This document shows positions 37,534 through 51,308 of a stretch of 64,000 nt of DNA, piece by piece. The stretch covers positions 114,082,001-114,146,000 of the forward strand of contig CM059432.1 of the NCBI GenBank assembly GCA_030390025.1, given 5' to 3'. Position 1 is the first letter of the stretch; the number at the start of each line of letters is the position of its first letter. The translations under genes and the position numbers were made by a program. Source of the stretch: Squalus acanthias. Taxonomy: Eukaryota. The notes beneath the pieces were generated by a model. That model searched no databases, was not told the origin of the DNA, and saw only the letters and a program-made list of their open reading frames with translations.

Positions 37534-38531
37534 AATATATTATCACAGTTTCACTGTTACATGATTAAATTATGCACATTTCCCTGGCAGGCTTTCATTT
37601 CACAGCATTGAGAGTTTATCATATATTTGTTCCATTGAAGTCACTTGTGTAAAAATTTCTTTTAAATAAATAAATTGGCACTGATGTGCTAAGAAATAAA
37701 GACACAAACAAAATGATGCTGCTGCAGTTTTCCTGAATAAAATATGATTGTTCTTGACATGTGGACATTGCTGTCAGAATGACTTTGGACATTTCTGTCA
37801 GTATGGTGTGTCAGTATGGTGGGATCTGAATGTGGATGAATCACACATCATGTGCAGCTGTGGACATGGCATCACAATTTCAGCCACGTGCGAACCTCAG
37901 TTTGAGTCTGCTGCTCAAAGTACCAGCGATGCGATTTCCTGGCAGGAGCATTACTGCTAGCCCCTGCTCCCAGTAAGACTGGACTACCAGCATTTTAATA
38001 AAGGGCATTTCTTTTGTATTTTGTATTACTGGGCAGAGGGAACAACTGGGGGATACTGCTGACCTAGCACATGGATTTGAACTTTGTTGCTTCCAGATGG
38101 AAGCTGCACCCCCGATGACTTAATCGGAGCCAGATCTGGATATTTAAAGAAGGACCCTGCCAGCTCTGGGCAGGTGTCCTTGCTGCCTGAAATTTAAAAT
38201 TCTAGTTGGCCAAACCAGGGTGGGGACAGTGGGTAAGTCCCCTACTCTGTTTTAACTGCCCCCCCCCTCCCCTTTGCTGGTTTCCATTCGGTGATGGAAG
38301 TTAAAAGTTGATCCCATTGATTTTATTTTTAACTTGAAATGTGATAAAGACCAGAGAAACCCAAGAGACAGCAAGCACAACTGAACTATTATTGCTGCTT
38401 CTGAAAAGTGATTGAGTGCAATCTCTTCCTTACCTCCGTATGTGTAGGATTCTATTCATTAAAGAGGCATCGTCATACCTTTAAAGTTGCTGGAAATGTT
38501 TTGTTCTCCATTTTAAAAACACGAGAGGCGA

Positions 38532-38723
38532 GGGGCAGATTCTCCTGTTCTCACACCTGGGGTTATTGCATTGCCCAGGACAAGTACAGGAAAATAACGG
38601 AGCCTGTCTGATTTTTGCATCCATTAATTTAATTCTGGGCGTGTGATCCTCCCCACCCAATCTTCCTGTATTGACTGCACCAGGCAATCCAATAGTCCAG
38701 ACGCAGGAACAGGAAAATCTGCC
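38532..38723. mobile_element. Small MITE (about 190 bp)
   Basis: Inverted ends GGCAGATTCTCCTGTTCT / GGCAGATTTTCCTGTTCC. Confidence 0.55.
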
Positions 38724-38764
38724 ATGTAATCATTTCCATTGTGTCATTAAAAAAACATGAGGCT

Positions 38765-39362
38765 TACATAAGAACATAACAACATAAGAAATAGGAGCAG
38801 GAGTAGGCCAATCGGCCCCTCGAGCCTGCTCCGCCATTCAATAAGATCATGGCTGATCTGATCCTAACCGCCAATCTACTATCTACTATCACAGAACCAT
38901 CTCCTGCATCTAACAGAATTGCACACACGAAATAGGAGCAGAATCAGGCTACACAGTCCCTGGGCCCGCTCCACTACCCACAGGGCCATGACTGATCCGA
39001 ACCTAGACTCATGTCCAAATTCCTGCCCGCTCCCCGTAACCCTTAATGCCCTTTACTTCTAGGAAACTGTCTATTTCTGTTTTAAATTTATTAAATGATG
39101 TAGCTTCTACAGCTTTTTGTGGCAGCATATTCCATGGACCTACCACCCTCTGAGTGAAGTAGTTCCTCCTCATCTCAGTTTTGAAAGAGCAGCCCCTTAT
39201 TCTAAGACTATGTCCCCTAGTTCTAGTCTCACCCGTCATCGGGAACATCCTCCCCGCATCCACCCGATCCAACCCCTTCACAATCTTATATGTTTCAATA
39301 AGATCGCCTCTCATTCTTCTGAACTCCAATGAGTAGAGTCCCAATCTACCCAACCTCTCCTC
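38765..39362 (-). mobile_element. Young 5'-truncated CR1
   Basis: Open ORF2 C-terminus 39009-39353, 3' UTR and TTCTTATG tail. Confidence 0.92.
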
Positions 39363-39880
39363 TTTCCAATTACTTTTTTTTTTTTAAGTCCTAGGGTGGA
39401 ATGCACTTTCCACAACTGACAATCAGCTGGGAACATACTCCTGGGTCTACACCCATACCACCGGGAGATGTGTGAAAGCTGACCTGGGTCATCTGGTTTT
39501 CACTCTCCCGCTCCGTCCCGTCCCCCACGATGAGGAAGTACCTGACCTTTTCTCGGCCTAGTTGAGAATAGGAAACTGACCATGTGGGAATTTGTGGATG
39601 TAAGCCTGTGGTTTAGCATTCTGATCCACAATGCCACGGCTATTTCTAACCCAATGTTTCAAAGGTAAAACAAGAAAGAAGACCTTCACTGCTAGGCTGT
39701 GAGACAGTATATCAGGTGTCACTCGTATGGCTTATTAGAACCCATCAGACAAGTGAACCTATAAATAATATTAAATTTGAGTAAAAATATTGATCACCTA
39801 GATGTAATATTCTTGCAATAATATAGCATATTTCTTCACATTTAAGGAAAAAAATATATTTATGTGAAGGAATGAAAACT

Positions 39881-40596
39881 AGGGTTAAAATTGGGTGGCG
39901 CCCCGAAAAAGTTAGCGCCCGCGCGGCCGATTTTCCCAGGTAGCGCCCTGAGAGGGAGGAGGGGTGCTACTGGAAGCGCCCTGCGTCCCTCTTGGGGCGC
40001 TGAGAGCCGATATCGCGGCATGACACGTCGCGCCGCAGTACTGCAGACCTTCCTCCCCTTATTAAAGGGGAGGGGCCTGGCGCAGCGCGTCCCAGCGCCC
40101 AGCTGGGCCACCAGGGATCGGAAGTGCCGGCAAACGAGCCCGGAATTCAAGAGGAGTGCCGGGCTCACAGAGAGCAGCCAGCACCCCGTGGGGGGGCTTC
40201 ACAGGGGCCGGGGACAGCAACAGGGGCAGGTGCTGGCAGGCAGCCAGCAACAAAAATGGCCGCCCGCCACCTCCCCTTTAACTAGCGCTGCCCCCCCCCT
40301 TTAACTAGCGCCGCCCCGGCCGCAGGTAGGCCCCCCCCCCCCCCCCCGACCCTGGCGGCCATAGTGTCCGGCGGTAAGTCGGGGGCGCCACCCAATATTA
40401 CAGGCGGGGCGTGAGCGGGGTGCTGCGCACGGCAATGACGTCATCGCCGGCGGCGCAGCGCTAACTGTTGGCGCTGCCGCTAACCTCCCGCTGAATTTCG
40501 CGGGTGGCGTTAGCGGTGCCGCGCCCAGGCGCTAGTTGATTTGCGCCCTCTTAGCACCCGCTAACGGGAGGCGCAAATCAACCGAATTTAGCCCCC
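39881..40596 (-). mobile_element. GC-rich Harbinger-family MITE
   Basis: Ends GGGTTAAAATTGGGT / GGGGGCTAAATTCGGT; subterminal GCGCCTCCCGTTAGC shared with 15130-16022; inverted relative to 59249-59908; TSD unresolved. Confidence 0.8.
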
Positions 40597-40749
40597 CTTG
40601 GAACTACCATAAAGAAACTGTTTCCAGCAGGTTGTGTTTGGAAGAAGTAAAGAAATTGTCTCTTGAAAAGTCCTGTCAAATTCTGATTTTATTCACATTT
40701 GCCTCACGTCTTTACTTGTGCATAAAAAATAAGAAATAGGCTTGGTTAC

Positions 40750-40851
40750 CAGGTAAAGCTTTGGAGCCAGGTTTTCCCACCAGGCCTCGGGCTCGGATGA
40801 CCTCTACTTCTAATCGCCCTTTCTTGTCCATCATGCCGATTTGGATGTCAC
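40750..40851 (-). CDS. RIMS2: RIM2 exon, start of C2B domain (102 nt, phase 1-1)
   Basis: ag|(G)DIQIGMMDKKGRLEVEVIRARGLVGKPGSKALP|gt. Confidence 0.95.
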
Positions 40852-40995
40852 CTAAAGGTAAAGAAGATCAAATACATTGCCTCAGTGCACACTCTAAGAT
40901 TGTAAAAGGTAGTTCATATCTTAAACAGTCCCATTTTCAGTACTGACACGAGCTTGGAAGACTCTGCTTCTGGTGCAGAGTCTTGCTTGACAGAA

Positions 40996-41665
40996 CTTAA
41001 GGAAAGACATCCTTGCTCTCGAGGCAGTGCAAAAAAGGTTCACTCGGTTAATCCCGGGGATGAGGGGGTGGTCATATGAGGAGAGGTTGGGTAGATTGGG
41101 ACTCTACTCATTGGAGTTCAGAAGAATGAGAGGCGATCTTATTGAAACATATAAGATTGTGAAGGGGTTGGATCGGGTGGATGCGGGGAGGATGTTCCCG
41201 ATGACGGGTGAGACTAGAACTAGGGGACATAGTCTTAGAATAAGGGGCTGCTCTTTCAAAACTGAGATGAGGAGGAACTACTTCACTCAGAGGGTGGTAG
41301 GTCCATGGAATATGCTGCCACAAAAAGCTGTAGAAGCTACAACATTAATTAAATTTAAAACAGAAATAGACAGTTTCCTAGAAGTAAAGGGCATTAAGGG
41401 TTACGGGGAGCGGGCAGGAATTTGGACATGAGTCTAGGTTCGGATCGGTCATGGCCCTGTGGGTAGTGGAGCGGGCCCAGGGACTGTGTAGCCTGATTCT
41501 GCTCCTATTTCGTGTGTGCAATTCTGTTAGATGCAGGAGATGGTTCTGTGATAGATAGTAGATTGGCGGTTAGGATCAGATCAGCCATGATCTTATTGAA
41601 TGGCGGAGCAGGCTCGAGGGGCCGACTGGCCTACTCCTGCTCCTATTTCTTATGTTCTTATGTTC
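40996..41665 (+). mobile_element. Young 5'-truncated CR1, near-identical to 38765-39362 and inverted
   Basis: Open ORF2 C-terminus 41027-41431 differs from the other copy at only three residues over the shared part. Confidence 0.92.
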
Positions 41666-43584
41666 TAAGTGCCGATTCTAGAATCGGCTCGGAGGTCAAT
41701 GTGTCCTATAATTGCAGTGAACCACATTTTCTGGTCACTTATCATACAGCACAGAAGGAGGCCTTTTGGCCCATCGTGCCTGTGCCAGATACATATCGCT
41801 ACCCCTATTATGGTCCACCAGCAGGATTAACAATGCACTTTTTATAAAACTAGAGCAGTCAGCAAAGTGTTAGTCCTTTGCTTTGTTCGCTTCTTCTCGC
41901 TCACCCCTCTTCTGTGATCTTGGTTTTTTTTTTGTGCTACACGTTCAAAAACAGGCTCCCAGGGTGAGTGCGGCATTTAAACCCATTGCATCTGACTCAT
42001 CGAACATGGGGACAAAGCCACAATCCTCCCACTTCAGCTGTGCTGCCAAGGAGAGGTATTGAATGCAGGAGAATGGTTTCTTTGCCGGGAAAGTGAGAAA
42101 GTCAAATGGCAAATCGCCCCAGATAACTCTCACACATGTAGTAGCTAGTTAACGAACAGCATTGGAAAAAGTTGGAGGCAGGTTGCTTGTTACCCTCGGT
42201 CAAAAAATTGTGATTGGCACAGGGACAACTCGGAAAAGGAAACAGGAGAAAAATACAAAATAAGTGGCCCTTCCTGCCAAAATAGACCCTCTCAATCTGT
42301 CCCATTCCATCTCCACTGCCACATACCCTGATGTTGAGGCCTCCCTCCTTTCCTTTTCTAGCATTGCAGCCACCACCAGTCATGCCACTGCATTGTACAT
42401 TTACAAAGAGATAGAAATTCCTCTGTCGTAAATAAGTCGTGAACTCATTTAAAATAAGAAAACTTTGTTAAAATAGCAAACATAGGGGTTTAAATCGAAT
42501 GTTCCAACCACTTTGTTTAAAATAGCCACGGGGAATAGCTGCCTCTCCAGTCATTTTAAGGTATCTTCTGAAATTTGGACCACGGGCATGCAAAATGCCA
42601 GATCAATGGATCACATACATTAACCTATGGTAGCTTCCCTCTTCCTGCTGTGCCATGATGTACATTTGTCAAAATTACAGACACTTAGACAGGAGCACAG
42701 TATTTTAGTGCCGCCTTGTTCTGGACTCCCAGTAAACACATATATATTTCCTAAAAGCACAGTGTGGGTGCTTCTCCTTTGCTATTTGGAAGAATTCCAA
42801 TTAACAATGTTTGAAGTGAACAGGAGTTGAAGAATCACAAGATCCTAGTGATGCACACTCTCCACAAATTACCAACACCCTGCTAGCATTTTCCACACTG
42901 GCCCCATTCATGGGCATGCTAGGATCCAGAGGGAAATCACATTCTCGCGTATTGAGATGGCAAAAGGTGCATCGTAGGAGAAGTAATGAAAATACAAAAA
43001 AAAATCACACAAATGTTAAAATTGTAATGGGTAATATTAGTAACAAACAGATTAACGTGTTGATATGAAATTCCTCTGGCTGCTGTTAATGCCTTCATTA
43101 AAGTAGAAGAGAAAGGAATCTCAGACAAGCTCATTCGTGGGTTTGTCTGATGACTGAAGTAGTGCTTGTCATTTAAAATAGGTTGAAAATCCAGGCTTTG
43201 TGCCTCAATTTGCTCTGTTAAGCCTTTCATAGTTTATATCACTAGTTTATTTGCAAGGTTAGCATGGGTTAATTGGCAAATTAGATTTCAGCCTGACATT
43301 ATGTATTGGAACACAAACTTGTATCTCTCTCTATCTGTGCTGTTTGCATTAAAATACTGGCTCAAAAGAATGGGATCAATATATAACATCCACAGAACAA
43401 GCCCCATGTGTGTTCTGTGCATTTTAAAGCTCTTTTGATGTGGTACCTTCCTGGCTGACTTAATTAACTTTATCACACCTCGGCAGATAGTCAGGATGAT
43501 TTAATTTATTGGTCTGCAATTGTAAAGTACACATGCTTTTTTTTCCATCTATATATGCTCTGACGATTCTGTATCCAATTTACT

Positions 43585-43622
43585 TCACCTGAGGAAGGAG
43601 CGATAGTTCCGAAAGCTTGTGA
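43585..43622 (+). ncRNA. Minimal type I hammerhead ribozyme motif (Penelope-type) in a repeat end extending to about 43672
   Basis: TCAC-CTGAGGA-A-GGAGC(GATA)GTTCC-GAAA-GC-TT-GTGA. Confidence 0.7.
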
Positions 43623-44089
43623 TTTCAAATAAAACTGTTGGACTATAACCTGGTGTTGTGCGACCTCTCATTTTAAAGCTGCCATGGGAGATTGCTTTAC
43701 TTTTTAAATTGAAAAACAGAAACATATCTATGACTATCCATCCAGCTTTGTTATTTTTCTCATAAGCTCTCTGTCTCTCTCCACCTCGTGCAATTCCCAC
43801 TTTCTTGATGTTCAAGACCAATGGATCAAAGGTCAGTCAAAAGTTTCAGACTTGAAGGGGGAGATTTTATCGTGGGGTGGAATCGGTCAGTATGGGGTCA
43901 GCGCAAACAACAAGCTTGTCAGCCCGCCCCAGAGTCAGGTAGGGTTGCCAACTCTGGTTTGATGTATTCCTGGAGATTTGATCATGACATTTGATCACAT
44001 GGCATTCGATCACGTGACACCACTCGTCATGCTTAATCACATTTGATCATGTGACATTTGTTCACTGTTTGCAAATGTTACTGTATTTC

Positions 44090-44833
44090 AGAAATTCGGG
44101 TCCCCACGGGTGAGTACGTGCTGTGTACTCACCCGTAGGGCCACCGGAAGTGCCAGTTTCGCGCATGCACGGGAAACCGGAACTTCCGGTCTCTTGAAGG
44201 AAGGGGTTTGCGGGTCAACCACGTGCGCGGGAGAGGCAGCGCGTACGCAGCGAACTTCCGCTTTTTTTACAGGTTTCTCCGTGTGGTTAAGTCCCTAGCA
44301 GCTGCGCGTGGAAAAAGCAGGCGCAAGGCCTGCTTTTAACAAGGTAAGAGGTGAATTAAGTAGAAATTGAAACATTTTTTCCACAAGTTTATCATTTTTA
44401 AATACTTTAAGAAAGGTAAGTTTATTATTAGCCCTGTTAAAAACTTTAATAAATTTTTTCAAAAATTTTAATTTTTGTTTAAAGTAGTTAATTTATGTAA
44501 TTTAGTTATTTTTAAAATGTGATTTTTTAAAAATTTATTTGAAGTTTTACTTAGGTTTTGGGGCCGATCTCTATTCATAGATTTCACAGGTCTTCCTGTC
44601 AAATTTATGAATGGAGATTCACTGCTCCGATTGGCTCCCCATGGCCCACGTGATCCCAGGGGACGCTGCGAACTAGCTTCGCCGCTGGGATACGCGAGCA
44701 CTGCACACCGGCAGCTGGAGGAGGCCCAGGATCGGAATCCCACGCGGGCCCACAGCACAACAGTAGGCGCGCTATGTAAGTGCACCCGCTATGCTTGCAC
44801 CCGCGGGAAGCCTCCGACCCAAATTTCTCGGCC
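44090..44833 (-). mobile_element. MITE related to 36779-37533, opposite orientation
   Basis: Shared GGCCCACGTGATCCCAGGGG block, AT-rich core and GAAGCCTCCGA...AAATT end. Confidence 0.7.
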
Positions 44834-44986
44834 AATAAATAAAACCAAAAATCATTCAATTCACTGACTCGTACACCCCAGCACTGAAGCCCAGCTTCAG
44901 GGAGGTGAGGCTCAATCCTCAGGGAGAAGTATGACTCCCTGAACAAAACACATTATACAACAGCGCACATCAAAGGCCGACATGAA

Positions 44987-46250
44987 CCAGTTTGTGGTGT
45001 TCTCTCTCTCTCGCTCCCCCAGTTTGTGGTGTTCCCTCTCTCTCTCTCTCTCTCCCTCCCTCCCCCAGTTTGTGGTGTTCTCTCTCTCTCTCTCTCTCTC
45101 CCTCCACCAGTTTGTGGTGTTCTCTCTCTCTCTCTCCCTCCCCCAGTTTGTGGTGTTCTCTCTCTCTCTCTCTCTCTCCCTCCACCAGTTTGTGGTGTTC
45201 TCTCTCTCTCTCTCCCTCCACCAGTTTGTGGTGTTCTCTCTCTCTCTCTCCCTCCACCAGTTTGTGTTGTTCTCTCTCTCTCTCTCTCTCTCCCCCAGTT
45301 TGTGGTGTTCCCTCTCTCTCTCTCTCTCTCCCTCCCCCAGTTTGTGGTGTTCACTCTCTCTCTCTCTCTCTCTCCCTCCCCCAGTTTGTGGTGTTCTCTC
45401 TCTCTCTCTCTCTCTCCCTCCACCAGTTTGTGGTGTTCTCTCTCTCTCTCTCTCTCTCTCTCCCAGTTTGTGGTGTTCTCTCTCCCTCCACCAGTTTGTG
45501 TTGTTCTCTCTCTCTCTCCCTCTCCCAGTTTGTGTTGTTCTCTCTCTCTCTCCCTCCACCAGTTTGTGGTGTTCTCTCTCTCTCTCTCTCTCCCTCCACC
45601 AGTTTGTGGTGTTCTCTCTCTCTCTCTCCTTCCACCAGTTTGTGGTGTTCTCTCTCTCTCTCTCTCTCCCTCCACCAGTTTGTGGTGTTCTCTCTCTCTC
45701 TCTCTCTCTCTCCCAGTTTGTGTTGTGCTCTCTCTCTCTCTCTCCCTCCCCCAGTTTGTGGTGTTCTCTCTCTCTCTCTCTCCACCAGTGTGTTGTTCTC
45801 TCTCTCTCTCTCTCTCTCCCAGTTTGTGTTGTGCTCTCTCTCTCTCTCTCCCTCCCCCAGTTTGTGATGTTCTCTCTCTCTCTCTCTCCACCAGTGTGTT
45901 GTTCTCTCTCTCTCTCTCTCTCTCCCAGTTTGTGTTGTGCTCTCTCTCTCTCTCTCCCTCCCCCAGTTTGTGGTGTTCTCTCTCTCTCTCTCTCCACCAG
46001 TGTGTTGTTCTCTCTCTCTCTCTCTCTCTCCCAGTTTGTGTTGTGCTCTCTCTCTCTCTCTCCCTCCCCCAGTTTGTGGTGTTCTCTCTCTCTCTCTCTC
46101 TCTCCCTCCCCCAGTTTGTGGTGTTCCCTCTCTCTCTCTCTCTCTCCCTCCCCCAGTTTGTGGTGTTCTCTCTCTCTCTCTCTCTCTCCCTCCCCCAGTT
46201 TGTGGTGTTCCCTCTCTCTCTCTCTCTCTCCCTCCCCCAGTTTGTGGTGT

Positions 46251-46282
<32 letters not shown>

Positions 46283-49200
46283 CCCCAGTTTGTGGTGTTC
46301 TCTCTCTCTCTCTCTCTCTCTCTCCCTCCCCCAGTTTGTGTTGTGCTCTCTCTCTCTCTCTCCCTCCCCCAGTTTGTGATGTTCTCTCTCTCTCTCTCTC
46401 CACCAGTGTGTTGTTCTCTCTCTCTCTCTCTCTCTCCCAGTTTGTGTTGTGCTCTCTCTCTCTCTCTCCCTCCCCCAGTTTGTGGTGTTCTCTCTCTCTC
46501 TCTCTCCACCAGTGTGTTGTTCTCTCTCTCTCTCTCTCTCTCCCAGTTTGTGTTGTGCTCTCTCTCTCTCTCTCCCTCCCCCAGTTTGTGGTGTTCTCTC
46601 TCTCTCTCTCTCTCTCCCTCCCCCAGTTTGTGGTGTTCCCTCTCTCTCTCTCTCTCTCCCTCCCCCAGTTTGTGGTGTTCTCTCTCTCTCTCTCTCTCTC
46701 CCTCCCCCAGTTTGTGTTGTTCCCTCTCTCTCTCTCTCTCTCCCTCCCCCAGTTTGTGTTGTTCTCTCTCTCTCTCTCTCTCTCTCCCTCCCCCAGTTTG
46801 TGTTGTTCTCTCTCTCTCTCTCTCTCTCCCCCTCCACCAGTTTGTGGTGTTCTCTCTCTCTCTCTCTCCCTCCCCCAGTTTGTGGTGTTCTCTCTCTCTC
46901 CCTCCCCCAGTTTGTGGTGTTCTCTCTCTCTCTCTCTCTCTCTCTCCCCCAGTTTGTGGTGTTCTCTCTCTCTCTCTCTCTCTCCCTCCCCCAGTTTGTG
47001 GTGTTCTCTCTCTCTCTCTCTCTCTCCCCCTCCACCAGTTTGTGTTGTTCTCTCTCTCTCTCTCTCTCCCAGTTTGTGTTGTGCTCTCTCTCTCTCTCCC
47101 TCCCCCAGTTTGTGGTGTTCTCTCTCTCTCTCTCTCTCCCAGTTTGTGTTGTTCTCTCTCTCTCTCTCCCTCCCCCAGTTTGTGGTGTTCTCTCTCTCTC
47201 TCTCTCTCTCCCTCCCCCAGTTTGTGGCGTTCTCTCTCTCTCTCTCTCTCTCCCTCCACCAGTTTGTGGTGTTCTCTCTCTCTCTCTCTCTCTCCACCAG
47301 TTTGTGTTGTTCTCTCTCTCTCTCTCTCTCCACCAGTTTGTGTTGTTCTCTCTCTCTCTCTCTCTACCAGTTTGTGTTGTTCTCTCTCTCTCTCTCTCTC
47401 CACCAGTTTGTGGTGTTCTCTCTCTCTCTCTCTCTCCCCACCAGTTTGTGTTGTTCTCTCTCTCTCTCTCTCTCCACCAGTTTGTGTTGTTCTCTCTCTC
47501 TCTCTCTCTACCAGTTTGTGTTGTTCTCTCTCTCTCTCTCTCTCCACCAGTTTGTGGTGTTCTCTCTCTCTCTCTCTCTACCAGTTTGTGGTGTTCTCTC
47601 TCTCTCTCTCTCCACTAGTTTGTGGTGTTCTCTCTCTCTCTCTCTCCACCAGTTTGTGGTGTTCTCTCTCTCTCTCCCTCCACCAGTTTGTGGTGTTCTC
47701 TCTCTCTCTCTCTCTCTCTCCCTCCCCCAGTTTGTGTTGTTCTCTCTCTCTCTCTCCCTCCACCAGTTTGTGTTGTTCTCTCTCTCTCTCCCTCTACCAG
47801 TTTGTGGTGTTCTCTCTCTCTCTCTCTCTCCCTCCACCAGTTTGTGGTGTTCTCTCTCTCTCTCTCTCCCCCTCCAACAGTTTGTGTTGTTCTCTCTCTC
47901 TCTCTCTCTCTCCACCAGTTTGTGTTGTTCTCTCTCTCTCTCTCTCTCCACCAGTTTGTGTTGTTCTCTCTCTCTCTCTCTCCACCAGTTTGTGTTGTTC
48001 TCTCTCTCTCTCTCCACCAGTTTGTGTTGTTCTCTCTCTCTCTCTCTCTCTCCACCAGTTTGTGTTGTTCTCTCTCTCTCTCTCTCTCCACCAGTTTGTG
48101 TTGTTCTCTCTCTCTCCCTCCACCAGTTTGTGGTGTTCTCTCTCTCTCTCTCTCTCCCTCCACCAGTTTGTGTTGTTCTCTCTCTCTCTCTCTCTCCCTC
48201 CACCAGTTTGTGGTGTTCTCTCTCTCTCTCTCTCTCCACCAGTTTGTGGTGTTCTCTCTCTCTCTCTCTCTCTCTCACTCCACCAGTTTGTGGTGTTCTC
48301 TCTCTCTCTCTCTCTCTCTCACTCCACCAGTTTGTGGTGTTCTCTCTCTCACTCTCTCTCTCTCCCTCCACCAGTTTGTGGTGTTCTCTCTCTCTCTCTC
48401 TCTCTCCACCAGTTTGTGTTGTTCTCTCTCTCTCTCCACCAGTTTGTGGCGTTCTCTCTCTCTCTCTCTCTCTCCCTCCACCAGTTTGTGGTGTTCTCTC
48501 TCTCTCTCTCTCTCTCCACCAGTTTGTGTTGTTCTCTCTCTCTCTCTCTCTCCACCAGTTTGTGTTGTTCTCTCTCTCTCCACCAGTTTGTGTTGTTCTC
48601 TCTCTCTCTCTCTCTCTCCACCAGTTTGTGTTGTTCTCTCTCTCTCTCTCTCCACCAGTTTGTGTTGTTCTCTCTCTCTCTCTCTCTCCACCAGTTTGTG
48701 TTGGTCTCTCTCTCTCTCCCTCCACCAGTTTGTGTTGTTCTCTCTCTCTCTCTCCCTCCACCAGTTTGTGGTGTTCTCTCTCTCTCTCTCTCTCCCTCCA
48801 CCAGTTTGTGTTGTTCTCTCTCTCTCTCTCTACCAGTTTGTGTTGTTCTCTCTCTCTCTCTCTCTCTCTCCCTCCACCAGTTTGTGGTGTTCTCTCTCTC
48901 TCCACCAGTTTGTGGTGTTCTCTCTCTCTCTCTCTCTCTCTCTCCACCAGTTTGTGTTGTTCTCTCTCTCTCTCTCTCTCCACCAGTTTGTGTTGTTCTC
49001 TCTCTCCACCAGTTTGTGTTGTTCTCTCTCTCTCTCTCTCCACCAGTTTGTGTTGTTCTCTCTCTCTCTCCCTCCCCAGTTTGTGGTGTTCTCTCTCTCT
49101 CTCCCTCCACCAGTTTGTGGTGTTCTCTCTCTCTCTCTCTCTCTCCCTCCACCAGTTTGTGGTGTTCTCTCTCTCTCTCTCTCTCTCCCTCCACCAGTTT

Positions 49201-51272
49201 GTGGTGTTCTCTCTCTCTCTCTCTCCCTCCACCAATTTGTGGTGTTCTCTCTCTCTCTCCCTCCACCAGTTTGAGGTGTTCTCTCTCTCTCTCTCTCCCT
49301 ACACCAGTTTGTGGTGTTCTCTCTCTCTCTCTCCCTCCACCAGTTTGTGGTGTTCTCTCTCTCTCTCCCTCCACCAGTTTGTGTTGTTCTCTCTCTCTCC
49401 CTCCACCAGCTTGTGGTGTTCTCTCTCTCTCTCTCTCTCTCCCTCCCCCAGCTTGTGTTGTTCTCTCTCTCTCTCTCCCTCCCTCCCCCAGCTTGTGTTG
49501 TTCTCTCTCTCTCTCCCTCCCCCAGCTTGTGTTGTTCTCTCTCTCTCTCCCTCCCCCAGCTTGTGTTGTTCTCTCTCTCTCTCCCTCCCTCCACCAGTTT
49601 GTGGTGTTCTCTCTCTCTCTCTCTCTCTCCCTCCACCAGTTTGTGGTGTTCTCTCTCTCTCCCTCCACCAGTTTGTTGTGTTCTCTCTCTCTCTCCCTCC
49701 ACCAGTTTGTGGTGTTCTCTCTCTCTCTCCCTCCACCAGCTTGTGTTGTTCTCTCTCTCTCTCTCTCCCCCAGCTTGTCTTGTTCTCTCTCTCTCTCCCT
49801 CCCCCAGCTTGTCTTGTTCTCTCTCTCTCTCCCTCCCCCAGTTTGTCTTGTTCTCTCTCTCCCTCCCCCAGCTTGTGTTGTTCTCTCCCTCCCTCCCCCA
49901 GCTTGTGTTGTTCTCTCTCTCTCTCTCGCTCCCCCAGCTTGTGTTGTTCTCTCTCTCTCCCTCCCTCCCCCAGCTTGTGTTGTTCTCTCTCTCTCTCCCT
50001 CCCCAGCTTGTCTTCGTTCTCTCTCTCTCTCCCTCCCCCAGCTTGTGTTGTTCTCTCTCTCTCTCTCTCCCTCCCCCAGTTTGTGGTGTTCTCTCTCTCC
50101 CCCTCCCCCAGTTTGTGGTGTTCTCTCTCTCTCTCCACCAGTTTGTGGCGTTCTCTCTCTCTCTCCACCAGTTTGTGGCGTTCTCTCTCTCTCTCTCTCT
50201 CTCCACCAGTTTGTGTTGTTCTCTCTCTCTCTCCACCAGTTTGTGGCGTTCTCTCTCTCTCTCTCTCTCTCCCTCCACCAGTTTGTGGTGTTCTCTCTCT
50301 CTCTCTCTCTCTCTCCACCAGTTTGTGTTGTTCTCTCTCTCTCTCTCCACCAGTTTGTGTTGTTCTCTCTCTCTCTCTCTCTCCACCAGTTTGTGTTGTT
50401 CTCTCTCTCTCTCCCTCCACCAGTTTGTGTTGTTCTCTCTCTCTCTCTCTCCACTAGTTTGTGTTGTTCTCTCTCTCTCTCTCTCTCTCTCCCTCCACCA
50501 GTTTGTGGTGTTCTCTCTCTCTCTCTCTCTCTCTCCCTCCACCAGTTTGTGTTGTTCTCTCTCTCTCTCTCTACCAGTTTGTGTTGTTCTCTCTCTCTCT
50601 CTCTCTCTCTCCCTCCACCAGTTTGTGGTGTTCTCTCTCTCTCCACCAGTTTGTGGTGTTCTCTCTCTCTCTCTCTCTCTCCACCAGTTTGTGTTGTTCT
50701 CTCTCTCTCTCCCTCCACCAGTTTGTGTTGTTCTCTCTCTCTCTCTCTCTCCACCAGTTTGTGTTGTTCTCTCTCTCCACCAGTTTGTGTTGTTCTCTCT
50801 CTCTCTCTCTCCACCAGTTTGTGTTGTTCTCTCTCTCTCTCCCTCCCCAGTTTGTGGTGTTCTCTCTCTCTCTCCCTCCACCAGTTTGTGGTGTTCTCTC
50901 TCTCTCTCTCTCTCTCCCTCCACCAGTTTGTGGTGTTCTCTCTCTCTCTCTCTCTCTCCCTCCACCAGTTTGTGTTGTTCTCTCTCTCTCTCTCTCTCCA
51001 CCAGTTTGTGTTGTTCTCTCTCTCTCTCTCCCTCCACCAGTTTGTGTTGTTCTCTCTCTCTCCCTCCACCAGCTTGTGGTGTTCTCTCTCTCTCTCTCTC
51101 TCTCTCCCTCCCCCAGCTTGTGTTGTTCTCTCTCTCTCTCCCTCCCTCCCCCAGCTTGTGTTGTTCTCTCTCTCTCCCTCCCCCAGCTTGTGTTGTTCTC
51201 TCTCTCTCTCTCTCTCCCTCCACCAGTTTGTGGTGTTCTCTCTCTCTCTCTCTCTCCACCAGTTTGTGGTGT

Positions 51273-51308
<36 letters not shown>

